Of a stretch of 64,000 nt of DNA, positions 10,245 through 22,330 are shown piece after piece. Every line of letters starts with the position of its first letter. The stretch's first letter is position 1. Made by a program: the position numbers and the translations under genes. The notes under the pieces are model-generated. The model saw nothing but the letters and a program-made list of their open reading frames with translations, searched no databases and was not told where the DNA came from. This DNA comes from Octopus sinensis (lineage: Eukaryota): contig NC_043015.1 in the NCBI RefSeq assembly GCF_006345805.1, positions 34,410,001 through 34,474,000 of the forward strand, read 5' to 3'.

Positions 10245-10392
10245 ATTACATATATATAAGAGGGATGACCACGAAGTGGCGTTTGCTGAATTTTCTTGAG
10301 AACAATCTTTTCTTAGTGGTCATTCAATATGTGGTCGACTTCTAGCATATTGGATGTCCACTTAGTGGTCATCCCTCTTATATGTATGTAAT
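10245..10392. repeat. Short fold-back element, ~35-bp arms, with three copies of GACCAC(T/G)AAG
   Basis: ATTACATATATATAAGAGGGATGACCAC... is mirrored by ...GTGGTCATCCCTCTTATATGTATGTAAT. Confidence 0.8.
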
Positions 10393-10466
10393 ATATATAT
10401 ATATTATATTATTATTTGATTGACCGCCACGCATCCATTTCCAAGTAAGTTTATCTATATATATGT

Positions 10467-10651
10467 ATGTATAGTTTAGGACGATCAGTAAGTTGTCATA
10501 ATAGGACTCAGAGTTTCAAATGCCAGAGCTAAGAGCTATGATGCATTCTCATTGGCTATTGTAACAAGAGCCGATGAGGATGCATCGTAGCTCTTAGCTC
10601 TGGCATTTGAGTCCTATTATGACAACTTACTGATTGTCCTAAACTATACAT
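10467..10651. repeat. Near-perfect fold-back centred on 10563; HHR-like motif in the left arm, core-deleted twin in the right arm
   Basis: Arms 10467-10562 and 10564-10651; the right arm lacks the 8 nt GAAACTCT. Confidence 0.9.
10500..10560 (-). ncRNA. Type-I hammerhead-like motif with altered core (CCAATGA)
   Basis: Minus strand: AATAG-CCAATGA-GAATGC-[19 nt]-GCATTT-GAAAC-TCTGA-GTC^CTATT. Stems I (5 bp), II (6 bp) and the palindromic stem III all pair. Confidence 0.6.
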
Positions 10652-10884
10652 GGATATAGAAATTCCTATATTTACCTAATATCACCGTCTCATTCTTGTA
10701 ATTTTTTTATTATCATTCTTATTGTTTTTTCTTTCCATCTTTCTTCAAATTTTCTTCCATTTCTCGCCGAGTGTTTTCCGTACACCAAGGGCAGAGAAGC
10801 TTATTGTATGCATTCCCAGATTACACACGCAAATTCCCAAATTATTATTATTATGATTATTATCATTATTATCATATATATTTT

Positions 10885-11477
10885 TATATATATATAACTG
10901 AGAATGTGTGTCTGTCTGTCTGTGTGTTTCCCTAAAACTTGAGAACTACACAACCAATTTCATTCAAATTTTACACATGCCTTACTTAGGGTCCATGTAG
11001 TTTCATGGGCAAAAAAAATGTTCAACTTCTTGCCTAGAGCGAGCCCATAGCAATATCATATCTTCTCCACTATTTCAGTATTACGTGTTAAAATTGAAAC
11101 AAAAATATTTCTCTATTTTATGTCAGATGCTTTCACTTTAACAATAAAAATAATAATAACAACTGAATTATATGTAGTAAGTAATAATTAAAATCAAACT
11201 AAAGTATAATATAAGTAAAAATAGCAATTGGTATAAAATTGCACTTGAATAAGTGGTTTCACATGAATGGGAATTAAATTAAAAATAAAATTAGCGTGCA
11301 GAAATGGAATAGTCCAGATGGATAATAAAAAATTAAATTAAAGAAAAGACTATTGTCTATAAAGTATACAATGTAGCGAAAAAAGAAGAGCTAACAATTC
11401 CAGTCTGTTATATATTTTGAGTATTGTTATCACTAGCAATATCAAGATATAACTTTGTATTTTGCATTTTATGTGTA

Positions 11478-11529
<52 letters not shown>

Positions 11530-11613
11530 TGTACATGTAATATGTACACATATATGTACACATATATACATGCACTAGCACTATGACCCAGCAACGACAG
11601 GTCTTTAATGCTA

Positions 11614-11614
<1 letters not shown>
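10885..11614 (+). mobile_element. Probable second non-autonomous Helitron family; internal boundaries uncertain
   Basis: 5' TATATATAACTGAGAATGTGTGTCTGTCTGTC resembles Helitron-N heads; the 3' end has a GACC-cagcaacgaca-GGTC hairpin followed by TGCTAG|T (11611-11614). Confidence 0.5.
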
Positions 11615-11660
<46 letters not shown>

Positions 11661-11689
11661 ATATATTGTATATTACACACAAATAAACA

Positions 11690-11830
11690 CATAGATGCAA
11701 AACAAGGTGGAAAAAATAGTACCCGAATACCAAAAATAGACTAATATACTATTTATGAAAACTGGAAAAAATCTTCACAAACTGCTACTCAGAGTTTCAT
11801 ATGACCATTTGTCTGACAGTAGTTTTGTGT
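11690..11830. mobile_element. Old relic of the 2704/24218 fold-back family with a decayed HHR at 11782-11820 (minus strand)
   Basis: AAACACATAGATGCAAAACAAGGTGGAAAAAATAGTAC matches the reversed tail. Minus strand reads ACTGT-CAGACAA-ATG GTCA TAT-GAAAC-TCTGA-GTA^GCAGT. Confidence 0.65.
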
Positions 11831-12264
11831 GTGCGTGCGTGTGTGCGTGTGTGTTTATGTTTCCTTTTCTTGATATCATGCAATTGATGTAAACGAGTAT
11901 CACTGTCATACAAGCGGTTTCATTCTGTTCCGACTTCCAGGAAACATGTCTGAGAATAAAGAAATACCACATTACTTGGTAGGAAATCTGGCTCAATGAA
12001 CTCTATCTGACTCGTGCTAACATGCAAAAGAAAAGTGGATGTTAAAACAATGATGATGAAGGTTTCATTTAGTTATATGGATGGATGGATGGATGGATGG
12101 ATGGATGGATGGGTGTGCATGCATGTCTGCATGAGTCAGATGAAATCCATTGGGTTGGAATATTCTATGGCCAGATGCCCTTCCAGTTACTAGCCACCAT
12201 CATGCTTGTTTTACAGCCACATCATTCAAACTGACCAAGTGAAACGGGCTTAGCTGCTAGTGTG

Positions 12265-12297
<33 letters not shown>

Positions 12298-12309
12298 TCT
12301 GTTATGTCT

Positions 12310-12572
12310 GGAGAGTCATTCTCTTTTAGTGCCTTGTAACTTAACACACTCACTGGTAAAGTTTCCATACATTTACTCATTTATTTTTCTAAACTTTTCA
12401 TTGCATCTTGCAAATTTTAAAATAGTTGTTGACTCTGTCCATTATCCAAGCAGCAACTATTGAAAAGGTTGCAAGAAACAATGAAAATTTTAGAAAAATA
12501 AATAAGTAAATGAGTGGAAATTTTACCTGTGAGTGTGTTAAGTTATAAGACACTAAAAGAGAATGACTCTCC
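12310..12572. mobile_element. Head-to-head dimer of a 130-bp MITE-like unit
   Basis: Outer ends GGAGAGTCA / TGACTCTCC; both halves match the monomer at 18319-18448. Confidence 0.8.
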
Positions 12573-12790
12573 CCTCCAATTGATCCCAAGAACTATCCTG
12601 GCAGAAATTCATCTACGCCAGACAGGTGAAGGGCCAGGATTCAGACTAAAATAATCACCCTAGAGAGGTAAACCTCGATGATGAAAAACCCTTGAGCTAG
12701 GATCATGATGAAGCTATAGGGAGCAGTATGATGGCCGTGTTTGTTTTAAATAATGAATTATATATCAAATTTCTGCTTTTATTCTAAATA

Positions 12791-13984
12791 TAGAGAGGTT
12801 TAAGAATTATTTGAAGACATATTTGCAAATTTAATGAAACCACTTTTATCTAGCAAAACCAAATGTATTTTAATATAACTTGTGCACCTATCCTTGATAA
12901 ACTTTCTTATAAGGTTTATTTGGAGCATCAATGACTGCTTCAAATGCCAGCCCAGAGTCTTTGGCATATCGTCTGCCACCGGGAATATCAGTGAAACAAT
13001 GACAGTCTTCAGTGAAGCTGTGGCAGTGTGAGGATGTTGATTAATTTCATTTTCAATAACACTTCAAGAATAATAGTCCATGGAATTTAAATATGATGAG
13101 TTTAAAGGCTACAATTAATGTTATATGATCGTAAAGATTGTGCAACATCCATTCTTGGGTTACATGGGTTTTTGAGAAGTTGCTGAGTCTTGTTGAAACA
13201 TGTATGGTCTTGCACTGTGTACTTTATCCAGCCAGAGCTTAACAATTATCTTCAGTAACCCCAACAAATCCAGCAACATTAGTTCTAAGATCCTGTGGAA
13301 AGTTGTGAGGTGACATAACACGAGCTTGGTTACTCACCACTCTTAAAACTATCACAATTGCTGGAAACTGTGTGTGTGCACCACTCTAAATACATCAGAA
13401 GGATCTGCGTATAATTTCTCCTGTTAGACTTTTGGTCTTGGTTGATGTTTTTCTCATCAGAGAAGAACCAAAGCATGCCATTTTGATGAGGATTTTTAAC
13501 CTTAAGTAACCATTTGGTATGGCTCTAATAGTTTTCCTGTATCTTTGCAGACATGAATTAGCCTCCCCCCACCCCCGCTCAGTACATAGGACTTGCATTG
13601 AATGTCCTTATGCACTGCAGTTCAGGTAGTTCACTCTGACACCTGAAGTTCTTTGAAAATGATCTCATTGGTTTTCTTGGATGAATTGTGGTGTCTTTAC
13701 AATGTCTGAACTTTTAGAATGTGTCTCCCCCACCACCACCACGTTCTTTGATATAATTAAAACCTTCCAATTCTATCTGAACTTTATCTTCAAAAATTCT
13801 TGTAACATTGAGAAAGCTGGCAATTTTTAAATTTCTGCAAATAAGGCAACAATGACTGCATATCTTTTCATTTCATATGTGAACATTTTATCTGCCATGG
13901 GAGATCTGAAAGAAATAAAAACCTTTTAGTTGGTTTGATGAGATTAAAATACTGATAATTTCCTCAAATATTTCTCATAACCTA
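12791..13984 (-). mobile_element. Degenerate DD37D-type (maT) Tc1/mariner transposon, full-length relic
   Basis: Minus strand encodes MADK...EMKRYAVIV, GMLWFFSDEKNINQDQKSNRRN and PLNSSYLNSMDYY; TIR relics containing TATTTGA(A/G)GA at both ends, next to TA. Confidence 0.8.
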
Positions 13985-14684
13985 TACAGATAGATATAAA
14001 TATATACATATATCTATATTATCATCATAATTTTTTTGACATGTGCTTTTCTTTGCTTATCTGACTCAAATGAAAATCATTGAGGTAGCTTGGTGAAATG
14101 TACTTCACGTCCCCAACATTCCCTGATTTCCAAGTAACGTAATATTTTCCCAAGCACATTGAACATGCACAACAAACATAGCTGACCATGATTTCATAGA
14201 TCGCAAATGAATGTATAATGGTGACAGTCATCCACATTAAGTGCATGACACACACACACACACACACACACATGGAAGATTGGTAACACTTGTAAACTGA
14301 TAACAATTATCACACAACTTGTTACAGTTATCCTCTTGTTTTCAGACAATCTGATTGTCTTCTATAATTTTGGGAGAATTCTTGTGATTATTTCCCTGTA
14401 TCAATTGCCACTGAAGGGTCGGTCTCCCTTCTCTAGAAGCAGAGATGTTTTTAATAAATCCAGGATTTATTTTGCATGTTATTTAACATAAACTTTTTTG
14501 ACATCACCATTCAAATATATGTCAGTGGCCACTCTAGTTTTTTTCCTTTCATTTATGCAAATTATCTAGGACATAAATGTTTTCTAAACTATTTTATACA
14601 TGCTAAGTGTATACAAGTGTTCTGCTCTTTCTTGAATATGTCTCAGCTACTGATGATAAAGTAGGTCTATTGCTGATAAATAAA

Positions 14685-15003
14685 GGCACATGGCTTAGTG
14701 GTTAGGGTATTTGGCTCATGATCACAAAGTTGTGAGTTCAATTCTCTGCAGTGCATTGTAGCCTTGAGCAAGACACTTTATTTCACATTGCTCCAGTCAT
14801 CTCAGCTGGCAAAAACGAATAGTACCTGTATTTCAAAGGGCTGTCCTTGTCTTGCTCTGTGTCATGCTGGATCTCCCTAAGAACTACATTAAGGGAACAC
14901 ATGTCTGTGGAGTACTCAGCCACATGCATATTAATTTCATGAGCAGGCTGTTCAATTGATCGGATCAACTGGAACCCTCGTCATCGTAACTGACAGAGTA
15001 CCA
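14685..15003 (+). mobile_element. tRNA/CORE-like SINE, family C variant
   Basis: TGGCTTAGTGG A box, GAGTTCAATTC B box, CCTTGAGCAAGACACTTTATTTCAC core; body matches 22842-23156. Confidence 0.85.
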
Positions 15004-15642
15004 GTTTATCGCTGCTGATGATTATTAAAACAGAAACATGTGCCTACTGCTGTCCTCTTATCTCCAAACAATCAGACTGGCTTTTCCTCAATAACATACC
15101 ATGTTTGGAGAATTCCTTCTTTTTGAGATTATCTTCCCTACACATTTGGAATTAGTACCAATTGCCTCTAAGCTGGGATCTGCTGTCCCAGGAGACAAAA
15201 ATAATTATAATCACTTGTGAATTTATTTTGTATGTTATTTAAAATAACTTTATTTGCCTTGAAGCATATGTATGTATACATACATATGAAGCATATGTAT
15301 GTATACATACATATAGCTCAAGGCAAATAAAGTTATTTGTTGTTTGTTAGAGTTTTATCTAAGTTCTCCTTAAGAAGGTTCAAGCGAATCACTAACAAAG
15401 CAACAAGACTTTTTAAGTTAAGAAAGTTATCAGTGTTTGTTAATACGTGACTGAGGTGGTGTGTTGGTTGAGCTGTTTATGTACATGCCATATACGAGCA
15501 TCAATTCATCTAAAGAATCTCAGATGGTGAATCTTTGAAATGTCTTACAAATCTTCACTGTGCCATTGATAGATTGAATTTGGAGAATGTGTGTCAGTTT
15601 CTTTTTATCTTTCTTCAAAAAACTAGTACTTCTAATTTTTTT

Positions 15643-15682
<40 letters not shown>

Positions 15683-15820
15683 CATACACATATATGTATA
15701 TTACATACTTATATATATACATGTACATATATATGTGTTTGTATGTATATATATATTTTCAAACTGTCCAACTTATGCACTTATGCCAGCATGGAAGATG
15801 GATATTAAATGATGATGATG

Positions 15821-15890
<70 letters not shown>

Positions 15891-16504
15891 ACATTAAAAG
15901 TCAGTTTTAATCTTGCTTGCTTGCAATGTTACCCAGCCAAACTGGCGCATAATGGGGAAAATACTATGAATTAAGTTTACCCTGAAATGTTAATACAAAC
16001 GGAATAAAAAAAAAGTTTTGTGTAAATCTGACAAGTGGTTTTTAAGATATTAAAGGTTTTTTGGGGTATAAATACTCAAAATGGTGCATAATGGGAAAAT
16101 ATTCCAAAAGTAATCTTAATCCTGAAAGGGAAGAAACTCTTATCTTTCGATTAGACACTGACTTGACAGCAAAAAAATATGATTTATTTCTTTACAGTAA
16201 ATGTTTCTATTTTCGATTTTGTTAAAGACAATATTTTAATCATTTTGAAATATTTTTAAGTGAATGGGATTTCAAAACTGTAAGTTGTTTCTACAGAACC
16301 TATTTATATTTGAGCTTTCTTTAAAGAGACAATTTTTTTTTTTTTAATTATTTTCAAGTGCATATCATTACAAAAACATTTTTTTTTGCGTATTTAAAAA
16401 ATACTTTGAAGTGAAAATGACTTTAAAAATACGGTAAATATTTCATAAAAGACCCATTTGTAACCTCAGTGGGAAATAGATTTTTCCATAGAATTTTTCA
16501 AGTG

Positions 16505-17590
16505 CAGACAATAACAGGGGAATTTAAGATGGGCTGCCCCTAGCAATTCCTCTGTGCTGACGACCTTGCTCTTAGGGTCAAATCACTACCAGATCTAGAG
16601 AAGAAGTTTCAGGCTTGGAAGCAAGGTCTAGAATTAAAGGGCCTTAGAGTTAACCTAGCAAAAAAACCAAAGTCTTAGTAAGTAGGAAGGTGGACAAATC
16701 ACAAATCCCTTCGGGCAGGTGGACCTACTCAATGTGTAGAAAAGGCGTAGGTAGAAACTCCATAAGATGTGCCCAGTGCAAGCTATGGACACATATGAGA
16801 TGCAGCAATATCAGAGGAAAGTTAACTGGAAAAATAGTTTTTGCGTGTGGATACAATAAACATTAAAAATGTACAGAAAATAGACTTTATTAACTGCCAG
16901 TGTAGTAAACTAGAGGTAGTAGATAGCTCCCATCATCTAGGTGACCAACTCAGCAGAGGTGGATGCTCCAAGAGTGTAGCTGCAAGAAAAAGAATAGGCT
17001 GGGCAAAGTTCAGAGAGCTCCTACCTCTGTTGACAACAAATGGCCTCTCCCTCAGAGTGAAAGGCAGACTGTATGATGCCTGTGTGCTAACAGCTATGCT
17101 ACATGGCAGTGAAACATGAGCTGTGACTACTGAGGACATGTGTACGCTTGAAAGAAATGAAGCTAGTATGCTTTGCTGGATGTGCAATGTCAGTGTACAT
17201 GTATGACAGAGTGTAAGCATCCCGAGAGAAAAGTTGGACATAAAAGGCATCAGATGTGGTGTGCAAGAGAGATGATTGCACTGGCATGTGATGTGTATGG
17301 CTGCATTGACATGTGATGTGTATGGACGAGGACAGCTGAGTGAAGAAGTGCCAATCTGTAACTGTAGAGGGAAGCTGCGGTAGAGGCAAACCCAGGAAGA
17401 CATGGGACCAGGTGGTGAAGGAACTGGCACCCATACCGGTGGAACATAAGAGCACCCATTATACTCTTGAAGTAGATGGCATTAGGAAGGGCATCCAGCT
17501 ATAGAAACCATACCAAATCAGACCAGAGTCTGGTGCAACCCCTCAGCTTACCAACCCTGGTCAACAGATGTTAAATGATGATGATGATGA
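16505..17590 (+). mobile_element. 5'-truncated degenerate RTE-clade LINE (RT C-terminal half, 3' UTR, (GAT)n tail)
   Basis: GEFKMGCP*QFLCADDLAL...LRVNLAK, a Cys-rich segment, then RIGWAKFRELLPLL...KGRLYDACVLTAMLHGSET; several frameshifts and stops. Confidence 0.9.
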
Positions 17591-18318
17591 TATATATATA
17601 TATATATATATATAGCACAAAGAAGAATAGCAAATAATATATTTATTTTATAATTTGTAGTCTACAATTTGCTTACGCATGTTCTGATGAATTAGTGTTA
17701 CATAATACAGTGATGTGTTAATTCAGCACTTTAATTGATCCATTATTCATTGACTACAGTATTACACTGACCTGAAAAATCAACTGTAGCTCATCCTTCT
17801 CACAGTGTCTATACTACAAAGAATGTAGTTAAGTAATTATGGATCAATTTAAGTGCAGAATTTACACATCAGTGCTTTTTGTAATGCTAACTCATCTGAA
17901 ATGCATATAAGTAAATTATGGATTACAAATTATCGAATAAAAATAAAATTCACCATTCTTCTTTGTATTTTATTCTATACTCTGAAATCTTCAAAAGCAA
18001 ACTTTGGATTTATTAATCAAAATGGAGTACAATAGTAATCACTGGTTTATAAAGTTCACAATGGTTATCACTCATTGATCTCGTAACCAAATGCTATTAC
18101 TACAGAGTGCTGTGAAAAAAGTATTCACTATTTTCTATTCTTATTCCTTTGCGCACTTGATGGCCCTTGGTGGGATGCCATCTAATCCTGATGCCTTGCC
18201 AATAGGGAGACAGTGAATTCTTTACTCTGTTTCCCAGCAGATATTCCATGGTGTCAAGCAAACTATTTGAGTTGGTGTTTTTTTGTAAACAAACAAAAGG
18301 GAACACAGTGTAAATAAT

Positions 18319-18448
18319 GGAGAGTCACCAACTATAGAAAAGGTTGCAAGACGCAACGAAAATTTTAGGACATTAAAAATAAGAAAAATGTGGAAATTTT
18401 ACCTGTGAGTGTATTACATTATAAGGCACAAAAAGAAAATGACTCTCC
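18319..18448 (+). mobile_element. 130-bp MITE-like unit with 9-bp TIRs
   Basis: GGAGAGTCA...TGACTCTCC; no TSD seen. Confidence 0.7.
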
Positions 18449-19704
18449 CCAGACACAACAAAAATCAAAATGTTGTTGAAGAAAAGTGTTTATGGAATTA
18501 TAACAGAACACTGACATTCTTTAGAAAGTGGCATGTAAGTGCTACTATGAGAGGCTGCTAAATACAGAGAATGTATGGGAAAGAGGGAACAACAACGATC
18601 ATGACTTCATGCCCAGGTCCCACACATGGCCCCTTGACAATTACTCACCCACCCTTATCCAAGTTGCCTTTCCAATGCCATTGATTGCCCTGCAGCCCTA
18701 ACACCTCATATCTGGAACCCAATCTACTACATACTCTTTCCCCTTACCTGCCACACATCATCCTTCCCCTGCACCATTCTTCATCTCTTCTGCTGCTCCC
18801 TACTTGACCCTGCCACCACTTATTTCCTCTTTATCCCACCCATTCTTTCCTTTAAGCTTACCCACAACCTAAACGGCCTTCCCTTCTCATTCACGGCCCT
18901 TCTCTTATCCCATCTCCCTTCTGGATCCTTTCCTTGTTTCTGCCCCCACTACTATACCCGCCCTTTCATTTCCACCACAATCATCTTCATTGAATCCAAC
19001 TAACACACCTTTCACATTAGGGAGCTTGCTCAATCTGCCCCCCCCCCCTGCCCCTGACAATCTCTTCACTTATCCACACATACTGGGGCATGGATGCACA
19101 CACACACACACCAATTCTTTACCCTCACTCCCCCCCACTCTCTGCCTGTTCACTCATTCTTCAACATTTCAGCACTCCTCTTCCAGATGACATCTTTCAA
19201 TCACACCTGTCTTCCTCACCTTCCACCAATCATCTCTGATTGACTGCCTTTCACTACTTCTTACCTCCCTCTTCATTCACACACCACTTCTCTTGCTGAT
19301 TCTTTCTCTCACAATCCAATTTCCTCTCAAAAACTACAAAAAAAGACTAATTTTCTTCCCTCCACCATTTTGCTTTACATCTGACTTTTCACCTCCTCCC
19401 TTATTTTTCTCCTCCAAGGATATTCCTTAGCATCCTCTGGGCAATCTATCAAACACTCTGCAACTTTGACCATTCTATTGACATTCCTTCTCTTCACAGA
19501 ATTTTTGTTTCACTTTTAAATTTTAGTTTAAAATCCTTTTCTCTTGCCATACTATGAACTTCATCACTCCTTTTATTCCCTTACACTTTGCACACACTCC
19601 TTACATACAGGCTTTCTCTTCCCCACCTAATAACTACACATATACAGGAACCAACACCCTGTATCCCCACTGAGGAATGCCACTACACTTCCACACTGTC
19701 AAAC

Positions 19705-19763
<59 letters not shown>

Positions 19764-20019
19764 TATACCACACTAACACACACACACACACACACACCCT
19801 CCTTATGTTTACTACTTTCTTTTGTTGTCCCTTTTAATGTTCATTGCATTTACATCACTACATGTATGCACACACACACGCACGCGTGCTTGCAGTGTCT
19901 CTGCCTCCATTGTAGTAAAATATGGCACTGAAAGAAAATACTGTTAATGGACCAGAATATAATAAATAAAATTCTGTCCAAAGTATGTTATATATGCAAA
20001 TTGTTTTTATATGATTTAC

Positions 20020-20290
20020 CTGACATCATATCACATCTCCGCATGTCACATTTCATTGCATCACCTTTCATTATATCACATCTCACCACAATGCACCACA
20101 TGACCTCGCACAACATCACTTCGCATCAAATTTCATAGCACCATATCACATTACATCACTCCATCTCTTCTCACATCATCTCACATCTCGTTGCATCACC
20201 TTACATCTCATCTCATGACTTCCATTGTTTCATCTCACATCATTTCACATCACCTCTCAGTGCATAACATCATCTCTAATTGCATCAGCC
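20020..20290. repeat. Degenerate pentanucleotide (CATCA/CATCT-like) repeat
   Basis: Visible 5-nt periodicity. Confidence 0.7.
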
Positions 20291-21464
20291 CCCTCCCCCT
20301 CTCCCTCACATCCATTCTCATCCCAACCCTTATTTTCTTTCATCTCTTTTCACTTCTCATCCCATTACCTTTCATCACTAGTTTGATGTTTCTTCTTCAT
20401 TCTCTCTTACAATTTGAAAATATCCACAGTTCAGCTTCTCTGTGTGTGTCCAACTCTACATATGTAAACAATTGCATGTGTGAGTTGTATGCAACTAAAT
20501 GCGTACATGATTGTATGCATGTATGCTGCTGTATACATGTGTGTATTTATCCTGTACGTGAAGTAGCATATGTGATTTTATATATGTATGTATATGTGTG
20601 TGTGTGTGTGTGTGCGTACATGCGTGTCCATGCATGTGTGAAATTGTTAGTCAAAATCAAATTGCATTTCAATAAATCATCATCAGATCCAGTTATTTAT
20701 GGGTTGGACCAATCTGAATGTAATATATCATATTCAATACTTTAATCTTTGTTTTGAAGTTTTGCAAAATTTCTTATATACAAAAGTGTGTGTATGTATA
20801 ATACACTTGTCTGTGTATATAGGTGTGTATGCATATGCAGTAGCAATTATACAATCTGTATGTATGCATGTATATATGTGTATAGACATGTATAATAACA
20901 CTTATATTATATGTGTGAATACCTGTTTAAGAGCAATTATACAACTTACATGTATGCTTGTGTATAAGAACAACTATACAACCGATATACACATATGGGA
21001 ATGTATATATGTATGTTTGTGTGCATAGAAGAGCAATAATGCAACTAAGACCGATTACACAAGCTATTCCACGAGTAAGAGGATTTTGGTAAAAATGAAA
21101 TAATGAAAGAGTGATGATGGAGAGCTTCTTACAAGACAAAAAAGACTAAGTTTAAGAACTTTTGTTTTAAACAAAAAGTGATTTCACTCAAGTTTTATAT
21201 TTAATATTGAATTGAACCTTTATACAAACCTGATGAAGTTTGTTTGTATTCAATCATTTTCTGCTGAGAGGTCTCCATTAATCTCTACATTTTTTATGCA
21301 TTATTTCATCCCAAAACTCAGTTTCAAATCTTTCACACAGCATCACAATATGCACGCTTACATATAAATAAACCTCCCAAATGGTTGTCACCATTCGATA
21401 TATTAAGCACATACTTTATTCTCAGTCTATAATATATATTGTAGCTATACACATATTAGTTTCA

Positions 21465-21672
21465 AATTTTCACACCAAGCCAGCAATTTTGGGGGAATGG
21501 GTAAGTTGATTACATCGACCCCAGTACTCAGCTGGTACTTGTTTTATCGACCCTGAAAGGATGAAAGGCAAAATTCACCTTTGGCAGAATTTGAACTCAG
21601 AACCTAGAGACATATAAAATGTCATGAAGCATTTTGCTTGATGTGTTAATGGTTCTGTCAGCTCATCACCTT
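21465..21672 (-). mobile_element. SINE family A, older copy
   Basis: ATCGACCCCAGTACTCAGCTGGTACTT...GGATGAAAGGCAAA...AATTTGAACTCAGAAC, homologous to 3211-3430. Confidence 0.8.
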
Positions 21673-22061
21673 CTTACATTTTAATACTTCAACTAAGTTA
21701 ATGTGTTCACTAAATCCAAAGATTGACCACCAGTATAGATATGGTTTTGATTCCCAGACTGAGTGGTGCATTGCATTCTGGAGTAAAACACTTCATTCCC
21801 CAGTGACTTCAACATATCACATGTAGCACTCCATACACATGGACAGGCAAGGCTGATTCCACATGTGAGTAAGCTCATGAACAGCACAAACATTTGAACT
21901 TTCTGCAAAATATTGCTGAGTCATCTTTCTCTGATTCAAGAGACTAACAAGAAAAACATAAAGGTACATAGATCCAGACTCTTGTAATTAGTGAACATTT
22001 CTTGTCATTTGACCAATACTTTGCCACATCCTCTCTTTTTAGCTATAAATATATCCCACTT

Positions 22062-22330
22062 GCTTCCTGTACCAGTACAATTACTTCCCACGCACTTCCT
22101 GTACTGGCATGATTAAATCCCACACACTTCCTGTTTAGGTATCGTTAAATACTACACACTTCCTGTTTATGTATAATTAAATCCCCCACACTTCCTGTTT
22201 GGGTCCAATTGTATAAATGTAGCATACTTCCTGTTTACATATGATTAATAAGAATGCACTTCCTGCACAGATGCAATTAAGTCCCACGTACTTCCTGTTT
22301 AGGTATAATTAAATCCTACATAACTCCTGC
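22062..22330. repeat. Minisatellite, 32-bp period, ~9 units, conserved (A/G)CTTCCTG core
   Basis: Cores start at 22062, 22094, 22126, 22158, 22190, 22226, 22258, 22290, with a degenerate one at ~22323. Confidence 0.9.

Noticed and set aside
10261-10335. Possible HHR on the minus strand (ATGACCA-CTAAGA...TGGTCAT)
   Set aside because: The pairing comes from the iterated GACCACTAAG motif; no proper stem II, GAAA or NUH.
13445-13465. Isolated CTGATGA on the minus strand (and about 20 other CTGANGA hits across the window)
   Set aside because: Here it encodes the FSDE motif of the transposase; the other hits lack flanking stems and a downstream GAAA-NUH.
22062-22330. Regularly spaced repeats superficially like a CRISPR array
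   Set aside because: Eukaryotic context, no cas genes, and the spacers are homologous to each other; it is a minisatellite.
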